Shown: one piece after another, positions 21,312 to 30,252 of the stretch
Layout: every line of letters begins with the position of its first letter
How positions within the stretch are numbered: the stretch's first letter is position 1
Translations under genes and position numbers: made by a program
Notes under the pieces: model-generated
Told to the model about the DNA's origin: nothing
What the model saw: the letters and a program-made list of their open reading frames with translations, nothing else
Database searches by the model: none
Origin: an uncultured Spirochaetota bacterium
GTDB taxonomy: Bacteria; Spirochaetota; Brevinematia; Brevinematales; JAOACQ01
Direction of reading: 5' to 3'
DNA length: 64,000 nucleotides
NCBI GenBank assembly: GCA_963835575.1
Contig: CAWIGG010000002.1
Location: 1,152,001 to 1,216,000 of the forward strand

Positions 21312-22234
21312 AATTTTTGCCTCGACGACAGTATTTCGACAAAACAATCTTCCAGCCCGGGTGAATTCTCCCGGAGTGAAATCACCTTAATATCTTCTTT
21401 ATTTAAAATATTTTTTATTTTATTTCCAGCGGATTGAGCGTCATCAACAAATAATTTAAGCGTCGCTCCGGTTATAATAACGCTGCTGAATTCATCATAA
21501 TTCTTTAAAACACGTTCGGCTTTACGCGAATCGGATGTAATTACCTCAATAAATTTTTTTATTAATTTTGTTTTAATAACCTGGGGATTTTCCTCCGCTA
21601 TGATCCGGCCGTTATGTAATAATGCGACGCGGTTGCATCTCTCCGCCTCATCCAGATAGGCTGTGCTTATGACAATTGTGACGCCTTCGCTTAACAGATC
21701 ATATAATATTTTCCAGAATTCCCTGCGGGAAATCGGGTCCACCCCGTTTGTCGGTTCATCCAGGAGTATAATGTCCGGATTATGAACCAGACAGCAGGCA
21801 AGTCCGAGCTTCTGCTTCATACCGCCGGATAATTTTCCTGCGCGTCTTTTCTTAAAAGGCTCAAGATTACTGAATTCATAGAGTTTAATTAATTTATTTT
21901 TTATTTCCTTATTTTTTACTCCGAATAATTTTCCAAAAAAGAATATATTCTCCTCGACAGTCAGGTCTTCATAAAGACCGAATTTCTGAGGCATATATGC
22001 AAGATGTTCCTTTAATAAATAGGTGTTTTTAAAAATACTCTCCCCATTTATTAAAATCGTTCCTTTATCCGGTATTAATATACCTGCCATCATGCGCAGA
22101 AGCGTGCTTTTGCCTGCCCCGTCAGGACCGACAATTCCGAATATCTCACTTTTAGACACTTGAAAAGAAACCCCGTCTATGGCTTTCTGCGCTTTAAAAG
22201 TTTTAATGATGTTCTTTACTTCAATCAATTTCAA
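21308..22234 (-). CDS. ABC transporter ATP-binding protein (YbhF N-half-like)
   Basis: GPDGAGKST, LSGGMKQKL, LLDEPTNGVDP, STAYLDEAE. Confidence 0.95.
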   Translation of the reverse strand: MKLIEVKNIIKTFKAQKAIDGVSFQVSKSEIFGIVGPDGAGKSTLLRMMAGILIPDKGTILINGESIFKNTYLLKEHLAYMPQKFGLYEDLTVEENIFFFGKLFGVKNKEIKNKLIKLYEFSNLEPFKKRRAGKLSGGMKQKLGLACCLVHNPDIILLDEPTNGVDPISRREFWKILYDLLSEGVTIVISTAYLDEAERCNRVALLHNGRIIAEENPQVIKTKLIKKFIEVITSDSRKAERVLKNYDEFSSVIITGATLKLFVDDAQSAGNKIKNILNKEDIKVISLRENSPGLEDCFVEILSSRQKL

Positions 22235-23028
22235 TTCTCCAGATAAATTACAGCATCAGCCGGCATTCCGGGCTTTAAGGATTGATCTGTGTTGTCCAGA
22301 ACAATTTTAACGGCAAACATCAGCTTTACCCTTTCATCCTTTGTCTGAATTGTTTTAGGGGTGAATTCGGCTTTGTTTGCGATAGCGGATACTTTTCCGA
22401 TAAAATCCTTTTTAGGAAAAGAATCCACATGGATGACAGCTTTCATGCCCAGCCGGACCAGGCCCAGTTTTTTTTCATCAACATATATCTTGATAAAAAC
22501 TTTTTTTAAATCAGCCATTGTCAGAATTGCCGATCCCGGGAATGCCATCTCGCCTATTTCCAGATTTCTTTCAAATATAGTACCGTCTATAGGCGAATAA
22601 ATAACAGCGTTTTCAATATTAGCGGTTATTAAATCATTATCAGCTTTAGCAACCCGGTAAACAGCTTCAGCATTATCCAGTTCCTTTTTTGAGACAGAAC
22701 CTATGCCGAACAATTCTTTAACCCTTTTCAAGTTCTGTTCGGCGTTTTCCAGGTTTGCCCTGGCAGAAAAACGCTCCGCTATCAGTTCATCATATTCCAG
22801 CTTGATGATCAGTTGCCCTTTTTTCACTTCGCTTCCTTCATCAAAAGGCAGTTCGGCAATCATTCCAGCGATTTTCGAGCTGATCTCTATCTCAGTTACT
22901 TCAATGGTGCCCGACCCTTCAATATTTTTATTGCTTATATTCAAATTCCTGAAAATTTCAAAATAAAGAGTCGCCAATATCAGGACAACAACTGCTGCAG
23001 CGATAGGAATTATTGCTTTGCTTTTCAT
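22231..23028 (-). CDS. HlyD-family periplasmic adaptor (YbhG-like)
   Basis: N-terminal TM, SGTIE..EIEISSKIAG, AEFTPKTIQTKDERVKL, LKPGMPAD. Confidence 0.92.
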   Translation of the reverse strand: MKSKAIIPIAAAVVVLILATLYFEIFRNLNISNKNIEGSGTIEVTEIEISSKIAGMIAELPFDEGSEVKKGQLIIKLEYDELIAERFSARANLENAEQNLKRVKELFGIGSVSKKELDNAEAVYRVAKADNDLITANIENAVIYSPIDGTIFERNLEIGEMAFPGSAILTMADLKKVFIKIYVDEKKLGLVRLGMKAVIHVDSFPKKDFIGKVSAIANKAEFTPKTIQTKDERVKLMFAVKIVLDNTDQSLKPGMPADAVIYLEN

Positions 23029-23058
23029 ATTCTCCTCCTTTCAATTTTACTATATCTA

Positions 23059-23222
23059 GGCAGTTCCAAAAACTCAATTATTTAGAACTGCCGACATTGT
23101 TTTGAATCATGCGACTGCTAAGTTCGCTTCGCGAACTCAACGCAGTAGCGTCATTTACATTAACCAAAAAGTTATTTAAATCCAGTGCAGTTCCAAAAAC
23201 TTAAGGTTTTTGGAACTGCACT
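23059..23222 (-). repeat. Dispersed structured repeat, copy A (MITE-like or ncRNA-like)
   Basis: Two hairpins with GCAGTTCCAAAAAC arms flanking a central nested stem-loop; colinear homologue at 58498-58701. Confidence 0.8.
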
Positions 23223-23837
23223 TTATTTAATTTCTTGATGAACAGTTCTTAGTAAACTATCAGAAAATTTCTCAATAAAAACCTTTTTAATTTTTTTCAT
23301 ATCAATTCCATAACCCATGCTGATCTCTTCAGAAAGGCTGTAAAACATAATAAGCGGAATACCCTGGAAAAAAAGCATTTTGACAATAAATTCTTCTTTA
23401 TCTTCATTATTCTGGACATCCCTTTTCATCATTTCAAAAATGGCATCATAAAAAGCTTTCAATAGACCCATTACAAGATTCGCATCGACATTTTTTCTCA
23501 AAACTTCTGAAAGAATTAAACGTATGAAAGCTTTTTCCTGTCCGATTGTTTCATCCAGCTTGGCAACAAGCAATTCCGGCAATATTTTCTTTTCATTTTT
23601 TAAACTCTCCAGAGCTTCACTTAACTTTATTTTAGCATTTTCTATTATCTTGCTTATTAATTCTTTTAAGATATTTTCCTTGCTTTTAAAATGATAATAA
23701 AGCATCACTTTGTTGACCTGCGCTTTCGCAGCGATATCATCCATTTTTGTTTTATCATAACCATTTTCAATAAAGATATCTCTGGCAGCCGTCAGTATTT
23801 TTTCTTTTGTATCAGCAGTTGACTGCTTTTTTCTCAT
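23223..23837 (-). CDS. TetR/AcrR-family transcriptional regulator
   Basis: ILTAARDIFIENGY..TKMDDIA..AQVNKVMLYYHFKSKE helix-turn-helix. Confidence 0.95.
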   Translation of the reverse strand: MRKKQSTADTKEKILTAARDIFIENGYDKTKMDDIAAKAQVNKVMLYYHFKSKENILKELISKIIENAKIKLSEALESLKNEKKILPELLVAKLDETIGQEKAFIRLILSEVLRKNVDANLVMGLLKAFYDAIFEMMKRDVQNNEDKEEFIVKMLFFQGIPLIMFYSLSEEISMGYGIDMKKIKKVFIEKFSDSLLRTVHQEIK

Positions 23838-23863
23838 GTTATACCCCTAATTTATACTCAGTA

Positions 23864-23882
23864 TTTAAACTCATAGTTTAAA
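23864..23882. promoter_or_regulatory. Putative TetR operator
   Basis: Palindrome TTTAAACT-CAT-AGTTTAAA between the tetR promoter and its start codon, flanked by an outer TTATACT/AGTATAA inverted pair. Confidence 0.55.
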
Positions 23883-23893
23883 GTAACAGTATA

Positions 23894-23922
23894 ATTATAA
23901 TTTAATTCTATTTGACTGTCAA
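23894..23922 (-). promoter_or_regulatory. Consensus sigma-70 promoter for the tetR-exporter operon
   Basis: Minus strand TTGACA-17 nt-TATAAT, exact consensus. Confidence 0.8.
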
Positions 23923-23986
23923 GGGTGGAAATAAAAATCTATCATTTTTTTTTTAACTGTTTTATAATAATAAAAAGAGGAATGAT

Positions 23987-26584
23987 ATGAACCCGTTAAC
24001 GACAGCCAGCTCCGGTATTGCGGGGTTTGATAATATAATAAATTTTCTCCGTATGGGGGACAATGTAGTCTGGCAGGTCGATGAGATCAGCGATTATAAA
24101 AATTTCGCTGTGCCGTTCGTCCAGAACGCGATCAAAGAAAATAGAAGGATTGTCTATATCCGTTTTGCAAAACATCCTCCTATTGTTCCAGAGAATTTCA
24201 ATATTCCCGTATATGAACTGGATATGAGCAGCGGTTTTGAAGGCTTCACTTCTCATCTGCATAAAATCATTAAAGAAGAAGGAAGGGATGTCTATTATGT
24301 ATTTGACTGCCTTTCTGATCTTCTTTCAGCATGGGCAACAGATTTGATGATCGGTAATTTTTTCATGATCACCTGCCCTTATCTTTTTGAACTCAATACA
24401 ATCGCTTATTTCGCCCTTTTAAGGAATTATCATTCTTTTAAAACCATAGCCCGTATCCGCGACACGACACAGCTGCTCCTGGATGTCTATAACATCAAAT
24501 CCAAAATTTATATACACCCGCTTAAAGTATGGAACCGCTATACTCCAACCATGTTTCTGCCGCATCTGGGCGATAAGGACCGTTTTACGCCATTAAAAAA
24601 CAGCGTCGATGCGGCCAAGCTATTTTCTTATCTTTCCAGGAAAGGCATTGAAAACGCGACCAGAAACCTGGATTATTGGGACCGCCTCTTTTTAAAAGTC
24701 GGTGAAATGATTGAAAATAAGGTTTCCGGTAATGAAGAATTTGAAATGATCCAGCAAATCTGTAAAATTATGATAGGCAGGGATGACAGGGTCATTAATC
24801 TATTCAGTAAATATTTTTCTTTATCCGATCTACTCCAGATTAAATCCCGCCTGATCGGTACCGGATTCATCGGCGGAAAAGCAGTCGGAATGCTTTTAGC
24901 GCGCAATATTCTTCAAAAAGATACTTCAGAAGACTGGCAGCAGCTTCTCGAACCGCATGATTCCTTTTATATCGGCTCGGATGTATTTTACAGCTACATA
25001 GTCCAGAACGGCTGGTGGAAGATGCGGATGGAACAAAAAACTGAAGCAGGGTATTTTGATACCGCACATATACTGAAAGATAAGCTCCTGCATGGCGAGT
25101 TTCCCGAGGAAATCAGGGAGCAGTTCATACAGATGCTGGAATATTTCGGCCAATCGCCCATAATAGTCCGTTCCAGCAGCCTTCTTGAGGACAGCTTCGG
25201 CAACGCCTTCGCTGGAAAATACGAAAGCTTCTTCCTTGTCAATCAGGGAACGCCCGATGAAAGATACGCTCAATTTGTCGAGGCTGTCAGGCAGATATAC
25301 GCCAGCACAATGAATGACGATGCGCTGGCATACAGGCTTCAGAGAGGTCTGGCCTTTATGGATGAACAGATGGCGCTTCTGGTTCAGAGAGTGTCAGGTT
25401 CATACCACCAGAAATATTTCTTTCCCGATCTTGCCGGTGTCGCCATATCTTACAATACTTTTGTATGGAAGGAAAATATGGATCCGAAAGCAGGCATGCT
25501 CCGTCTTGTATACGGCCTGGGCACAAGGGCTGTCAACCGAGTGGAAAATGACTATCCACGCATTGTCGCGCTGGATATGCCGCTTTTAAAACCCCATTCC
25601 GGTATGGACAATACAAGGCTTTTTTCACAGCATGAAGTTGATCTGCTGAATATCAAGGAAAATAAACTTGAAACAATCCCGTTCTTCAGGCTTATAAAGG
25701 AAGAAACCCAGTTAAAACTGGACCTTATTGCCGCCAGGGACTATGAAACAACACAGAGGATCAGGGATTCCGGTTCGCATGACGAAGCCTGGATAATAAC
25801 ATTTGACGAACTCTTTACTAAAACAAATTACACGGCATTGATGCAGAAAATACTCAAAATACTGGAAAATAAATATAATTATCCCGTTGATATGGAATTC
25901 ACCGCAAATTTTACCCAGGACAATGCGCTTCAGATAAACGTTCTGCAGTGCCGTCCTCTTCAAACACAGGGAAACTATAAGAAAATCGATATACCCGCTG
26001 ATATAGCTGAAAACAAAATCATTTTTCAGACTGAGGGCAACTTTATGGGCGGCAGCATCAATCAGCCGATTAAACGGATTATATATGTTGAACCGCAAAA
26101 ATACGGTGATCTCAATCTTTCTCAAAAATATGATGTCGCGAGACTGATCGGCAAAATAAACCGGCAGATTCAGGATAAAAACACTCTCCCTGCCCTTCTC
26201 CTGGGGCCGGGAAGATGGGGATCAACAACGCCTTCGCTCGGTGTGCCTATCAGTTTTTCTGAAATTAACAAAATAGCCGTACTGGTGGAAGTAGCCCATA
26301 CCATAGCCGGGCTTATGCCCGAACTTTCCTTCGGAACTCATTTTTTCCAGGACCTGGTGGAAACGGGAATTTTTTATGCTGCCATTTTCCCTGATAAGAA
26401 TAATGTGATTTATAATATTGAGCAGTTGAAGAACAATCAGAACCTTGTCGGACAATTAGTACCGGACATGAAGAGCTATGAAGAAACAGTAAAAGTTTAT
26501 GATTTTAATGACGATATTCCTCTTCTTCTCGCAGACCTGACTTCGCAGAAATTAGTTCTATACTTTAAAGAAGCAGAGGAATAA
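23987..26584 (+). CDS. PEP/pyruvate-binding (PPDK_N ATP-grasp) domain protein; putative dikinase of unknown substrate
   Basis: IGGKAVG, IVRSSSLLEDSFGNAFAGKYES, MALLVQR, GLGTRAV, PVDMEF, LQCRPL; no PEP-binding barrel. Confidence 0.82.
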   Translation: MNPLTTASSGIAGFDNIINFLRMGDNVVWQVDEISDYKNFAVPFVQNAIKENRRIVYIRFAKHPPIVPENFNIPVYELDMSSGFEGFTSHLHKIIKEEGRDVYYVFDCLSDLLSAWATDLMIGNFFMITCPYLFELNTIAYFALLRNYHSFKTIARIRDTTQLLLDVYNIKSKIYIHPLKVWNRYTPTMFLPHLGDKDRFTPLKNSVDAAKLFSYLSRKGIENATRNLDYWDRLFLKVGEMIENKVSGNEEFEMIQQICKIMIGRDDRVINLFSKYFSLSDLLQIKSRLIGTGFIGGKAVGMLLARNILQKDTSEDWQQLLEPHDSFYIGSDVFYSYIVQNGWWKMRMEQKTEAGYFDTAHILKDKLLHGEFPEEIREQFIQMLEYFGQSPIIVRSSSLLEDSFGNAFAGKYESFFLVNQGTPDERYAQFVEAVRQIYASTMNDDALAYRLQRGLAFMDEQMALLVQRVSGSYHQKYFFPDLAGVAISYNTFVWKENMDPKAGMLRLVYGLGTRAVNRVENDYPRIVALDMPLLKPHSGMDNTRLFSQHEVDLLNIKENKLETIPFFRLIKEETQLKLDLIAARDYETTQRIRDSGSHDEAWIITFDELFTKTNYTALMQKILKILENKYNYPVDMEFTANFTQDNALQINVLQCRPLQTQGNYKKIDIPADIAENKIIFQTEGNFMGGSINQPIKRIIYVEPQKYGDLNLSQKYDVARLIGKINRQIQDKNTLPALLLGPGRWGSTTPSLGVPISFSEINKIAVLVEVAHTIAGLMPELSFGTHFFQDLVETGIFYAAIFPDKNNVIYNIEQLKNNQNLVGQLVPDMKSYEETVKVYDFNDDIPLLLADLTSQKLVLYFKEAEE

Positions 26585-26601
26585 CATGAGAAATATGATC
26601 T

Positions 26602-27696
26602 TTATTGTTCAAGAAATCCGAAAACAGGCTCGCCCGCTGCCGGATGCCATACGCTGTCTAATTCAGGCTGTATAAGCCTTATAGCGCCTTCCTCACTCGA
26701 TACGAAAAGCGTTTTACCTTTTTTTGCCGCCACCAGAGGTCTGAGCTTAACCCTGTCCGAGAGGGCCATAAAACCGCCGTCAAAGCCGATGATAAAAGCG
26801 AAAGGCCCATTCAGAAGAAGGCTCCCATAGACAATCCTGAGCTGTGTATAGAGCTGTTTCGATTCTTCATCCATAGAATCAATATCCTTCCAGAACGGCG
26901 AGGCAAAAATCTTCGCCACTATATCCCAGGGCAGATTATGCCTTCGTTTTAAAAGATCGACCGCATAGGCGACCACTTCGGTATCAGTTCTCATCGTGCA
27001 TTCATATCCATAACTTTCAAGATATCTCCGGTTGATTCCATAGGATGATATTTCACCGTTATGAACAACGGAATAATTCAGCATGGTAAAGGGATGAGCT
27101 CCGCCCCACCAGCCGGGAGTATTTGTCGGAAAGCGGCTGTGCGCGATCCATGTATGGGCCTCATATTCCTCAAGCCTGAAAAAATCACCCAGTTCATGCG
27201 CTTCGCCGACGCCTTTAAAGGCCCCCATATTTTTCCCGCTGGAAACCACGAACACACCGTCGATTTTTTTATTGATAAACATGACTTTCGATACTACATA
27301 ATCATCCGGCTTTTCATGGACCAGCCTAGCGTCGGAAACATGGCAGAAATACCTGAAAAAAAGCGGCGGTTTCGGAATCTTAGGATTCTTTCTGGTCGGT
27401 ATCTGGTCTTCATAGATAATATCAAAATTTTGCTTAATATAATCCTTCCCCTGCTCCATGGCATAGCTGTCGTCATACATCACATGCAGGGCATAAAAAT
27501 CCTTATATGTATCATAGAGGCCGTAAACGGCAAAGCCTCCGCCCAGACCGTTGCCCCTTTCCTTCAGGTGCTCTATTCCCTTGATGATATCATTGCCGTT
27601 TATTTTCTTCCCATCCTGATTGATAAATCCGATCAATCCGCAGCCTGATATATCCTTTTCGTCGTAAGGAATGGCATCGGCATAATTATATGACAT
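26602..27696 (-). CDS. Class II (Ntn) glutamine amidotransferase, GltB1/GlxB-like
   Basis: DISG-CGLIG nucleophile, ERGNGLGGGF, HSRFPTNT, AHPF, HNGEISSY, TDTEV, DRVKLRP; ATG 27696 preferred. Confidence 0.9.
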   Translation of the reverse strand: MSYNYADAIPYDEKDISGCGLIGFINQDGKKINGNDIIKGIEHLKERGNGLGGGFAVYGLYDTYKDFYALHVMYDDSYAMEQGKDYIKQNFDIIYEDQIPTRKNPKIPKPPLFFRYFCHVSDARLVHEKPDDYVVSKVMFINKKIDGVFVVSSGKNMGAFKGVGEAHELGDFFRLEEYEAHTWIAHSRFPTNTPGWWGGAHPFTMLNYSVVHNGEISSYGINRRYLESYGYECTMRTDTEVVAYAVDLLKRRHNLPWDIVAKIFASPFWKDIDSMDEESKQLYTQLRIVYGSLLLNGPFAFIIGFDGGFMALSDRVKLRPLVAAKKGKTLFVSSEEGAIRLIQPELDSVWHPAAGEPVFGFLEQ

Positions 27697-27778
27697 AATT
27701 TTATTCCCCTTTATATATCTCAATATAATATTATAAAAATAAAACACAATAAAAACAACTTTTAAAAAATAAAAACAG

Positions 27779-27815
27779 AGGCGGCAAGATTAATCTTACA
27801 AAATCACTGCCGCCT
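27779..27815. terminator. Second hairpin between GSIII and the amidotransferase gene
   Basis: AGGCGGCA...TGCCGCCT inverted repeat with T-rich flanks. Confidence 0.45.
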
Positions 27816-27834
27816 TTTATTATATTATTCCAGG

Positions 27835-27866
27835 CCAAAGGCGATATTGTTCAATATCGCCTTTGG
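27835..27866 (-). terminator. Hairpin immediately downstream of the GSIII gene
   Basis: CCAAAGGCGATATTG-tt-CAATATCGCCTTTGG. Confidence 0.65.
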
Positions 27867-27875
27867 AAATGTTTT

Positions 27876-30074
27876 TTAGTATATGAACAGCATTTCCCTG
27901 TATTTAGGAAGCGTCCAGTACTCATCGCTGGTTATCTCTTCAAGATGGTCAACAATATCCCTCAGTTCAAACATAACCGGTAATACTTTCTTGCAGTATT
28001 CATGGGCCAGATCTTCCATATCAGAAACAGATTTTACTCCGTTCAGATTTTCCTCAAGCTGTTTTATTTTATTCTGCAGGTCAGATATTTTAGCCGCATA
28101 ACCGTTTAAAAATTCAACCTGTGTTTTTGAAGAAGCTTTATTAAAGCCGTCAACACTTAAAGCGGAACCGATCGATTGCGCGACAGAATTTTGATATTTC
28201 AGTACCGAGGGAAGGATCATCGTTTTAGCCATCGTTAATGCCGTTTCGGCCTCAATATTGACTATCTTTGAATACTGCTCCAGGTAAATGTGATATCTCG
28301 ATTCAATTTCCCTTGCCGATAAAACCCCTGTTTTAGTAAAAATCTCCTTGTTTTTCTTTGACACCAGGTCTTTAAGTGAATCAGGTGTATTTTTCTTATT
28401 CGGCAGGCCTCTTTTCTCCGCTTCTTTTTCCCATTCGGGATCATAATTATTACCTTCAAACCGGATGGCTTTTGTTTCTTTAATCGCTGGAACAATTGTC
28501 TCCATTACCGATTTGTTTAAATCCATTCCCTTTTTCATATTCGCTTCAATTGTGTCGGCAAATTCATTCAGCATTGTGGCTATGACCGCATTGAGCGTAT
28601 AATTTGCCGCCGCGATGGATTGCGATGAGCCGACTGCCCTGAACTCGAATTTATTGCCTGTAAAGGCAAAAGGGGATGTTCTGTTCCTGTCCGTTGTGTC
28701 TTTGCTGATTACCGGCAGCTTGCTGAGGCCCAGGTCGATAATCTGCTTGTCATCGTAATCCTGTTTTTTATTAGTTTCGATGCAGTCCAGAATTTGCGTC
28801 AGCTGTTCGCCGAGAAACACGGAAATAATAGCCGGAGGAGCTTCGTTGGCCCCCAATCTGTGGTCATTTGCAGCGGAAGCAATCGAAGATCTCAGTAAAT
28901 CGGCGTATTTGAAAACACCCTTTATTGTGGCTATTAAGAATGTCAAAAACTGGAGGTTTTCATGCGGCGTATTACCCGGCTCCAGAAGATTATTGCCTTC
29001 GGAATCTGATAACGACCAGTTATTATGCTTACCCGAGCCATTGATGCCGGCAAAAGGTTTTTCATGGATCAGCAAAGCCAGGTTATGCCGCGCCGCTATC
29101 TTTTTCAAAGTCTCCATTACCAGCTGATTATGGTCCGTTGCCACATTACTGTCCTCAAAAATCGGCGCTATCTCAAATTGAGCGGGAGCCACTTCATTGT
29201 GTCTTGTTTTTGAAGGAATCCCCAGTTTAAAAAGCTCCGTGTCCACATCCTGCATAAACGCGATGATTCTTTCCCTGATGCTGCCGAAATAATGGTCTTC
29301 CATCTGCTGGCCTTTCGGAGAACTTGCGCCGAAAAGGGTGCGTCCGGTGAGAAGCAGGTCTGGTCTTCTGTTATAATAAGCCCTGTCTATGAGAAAATAT
29401 TCCTGTTCAGGTCCTACTGTTGAATATACCCTTGTGGCTATATCATTTTTAAAAAGCTTTAACACTCTAAGGGCCGCTTTGTTGATTGCCTCCATTGAAC
29501 GGAGAAGAGGGGTTTTTTTATCAAGAGCCTCACCAGTATAAGAGAGAAATATAGTCGGTACGCAAAGTGTAGCCCCGGTGGCATTCTCTATAAGGAAAAT
29601 CGGTGATGTCGGGTCCCAGGCTGTATAACCCCGGGCTTCAAATGTCGCTCTGATGCCGCCGCTCGGGAAGCTGGACGCGTCCGGTTCTCCCTGGCTCAGG
29701 TTTTTTCCGGAAAAACGGTTGATCGGCATACCTTCTTTATCAAAACTGAAAAAGCTGTCATGTTTTTCAGCGGTCAGGCCTGTCATAGGCTGGAACCAGT
29801 GTGTAAAATGGGTAGCGCCCTTGCTGATCGCCCATTCCTTAACGCCATGCGCTACTTCTTCCGCCAGCTGGTCATCAATTTTTCCGCCTGACTTGATAAT
29901 GTTTTTTAACTTCTGATAGGCTGAATAAGGCAGGAATTTCCTCATTGCCGTATCATTAAACACATTCTGCCCGAAGATATCCGCCGGAGAAATACCTTTA
30001 ACTGTTTCACCATAACGGTACTTCAGGCTATTTTTTTCCACTATTTCCTTGATGGCATCTTCTCGACTATTCAT
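27876..30074 (-). CDS. glnN: Glutamine synthetase type III
   Basis: GATHFTHWFQP, AEKHDSF, EPDASSFPSGG, HEKPFAGINGSGKHNNWS, DRNRTSPFAFTGNKFEFRA; 732 aa. Confidence 0.96.
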   Translation of the reverse strand: MNSREDAIKEIVEKNSLKYRYGETVKGISPADIFGQNVFNDTAMRKFLPYSAYQKLKNIIKSGGKIDDQLAEEVAHGVKEWAISKGATHFTHWFQPMTGLTAEKHDSFFSFDKEGMPINRFSGKNLSQGEPDASSFPSGGIRATFEARGYTAWDPTSPIFLIENATGATLCVPTIFLSYTGEALDKKTPLLRSMEAINKAALRVLKLFKNDIATRVYSTVGPEQEYFLIDRAYYNRRPDLLLTGRTLFGASSPKGQQMEDHYFGSIRERIIAFMQDVDTELFKLGIPSKTRHNEVAPAQFEIAPIFEDSNVATDHNQLVMETLKKIAARHNLALLIHEKPFAGINGSGKHNNWSLSDSEGNNLLEPGNTPHENLQFLTFLIATIKGVFKYADLLRSSIASAANDHRLGANEAPPAIISVFLGEQLTQILDCIETNKKQDYDDKQIIDLGLSKLPVISKDTTDRNRTSPFAFTGNKFEFRAVGSSQSIAAANYTLNAVIATMLNEFADTIEANMKKGMDLNKSVMETIVPAIKETKAIRFEGNNYDPEWEKEAEKRGLPNKKNTPDSLKDLVSKKNKEIFTKTGVLSAREIESRYHIYLEQYSKIVNIEAETALTMAKTMILPSVLKYQNSVAQSIGSALSVDGFNKASSKTQVEFLNGYAAKISDLQNKIKQLEENLNGVKSVSDMEDLAHEYCKKVLPVMFELRDIVDHLEEITSDEYWTLPKYREMLFIY

Positions 30075-30181
30075 TTTTATCTCCTTTTATTTTAATAATC
30101 AATCAAATATTATAAGGACAATTATTATAACAAAAATCATATAAAAACTCCAGAAAATGTTATAATTCAACCTTCTTTCCA

Positions 30182-30210
30182 TTGATAATTTTGATTGATT
30201 TTCATATACT
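30182..30210 (+). promoter_or_regulatory. Sigma-70-type promoter for glnE
   Basis: TTGATA-17 nt-TATACT. Confidence 0.55.
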
Positions 30211-30252
30211 ATTGCTGATCAAAACTAATACTTCTTATTTAAGGAAGCCGGT

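Noticed and set aside
16641..23028. Exporter with two separate ATPase genes as a novel system
   Set aside because: Matches the YbhG-F-S-R type ABC-2 exporter with YbhF split into halves plus TolC; an ordinary variant
27061..27648. 195-aa antisense ORF and the many other short overlapping ORFs in the track
   Set aside because: They lie opposite or inside well-supported genes and show no recognisable motifs; treated as shadow ORFs
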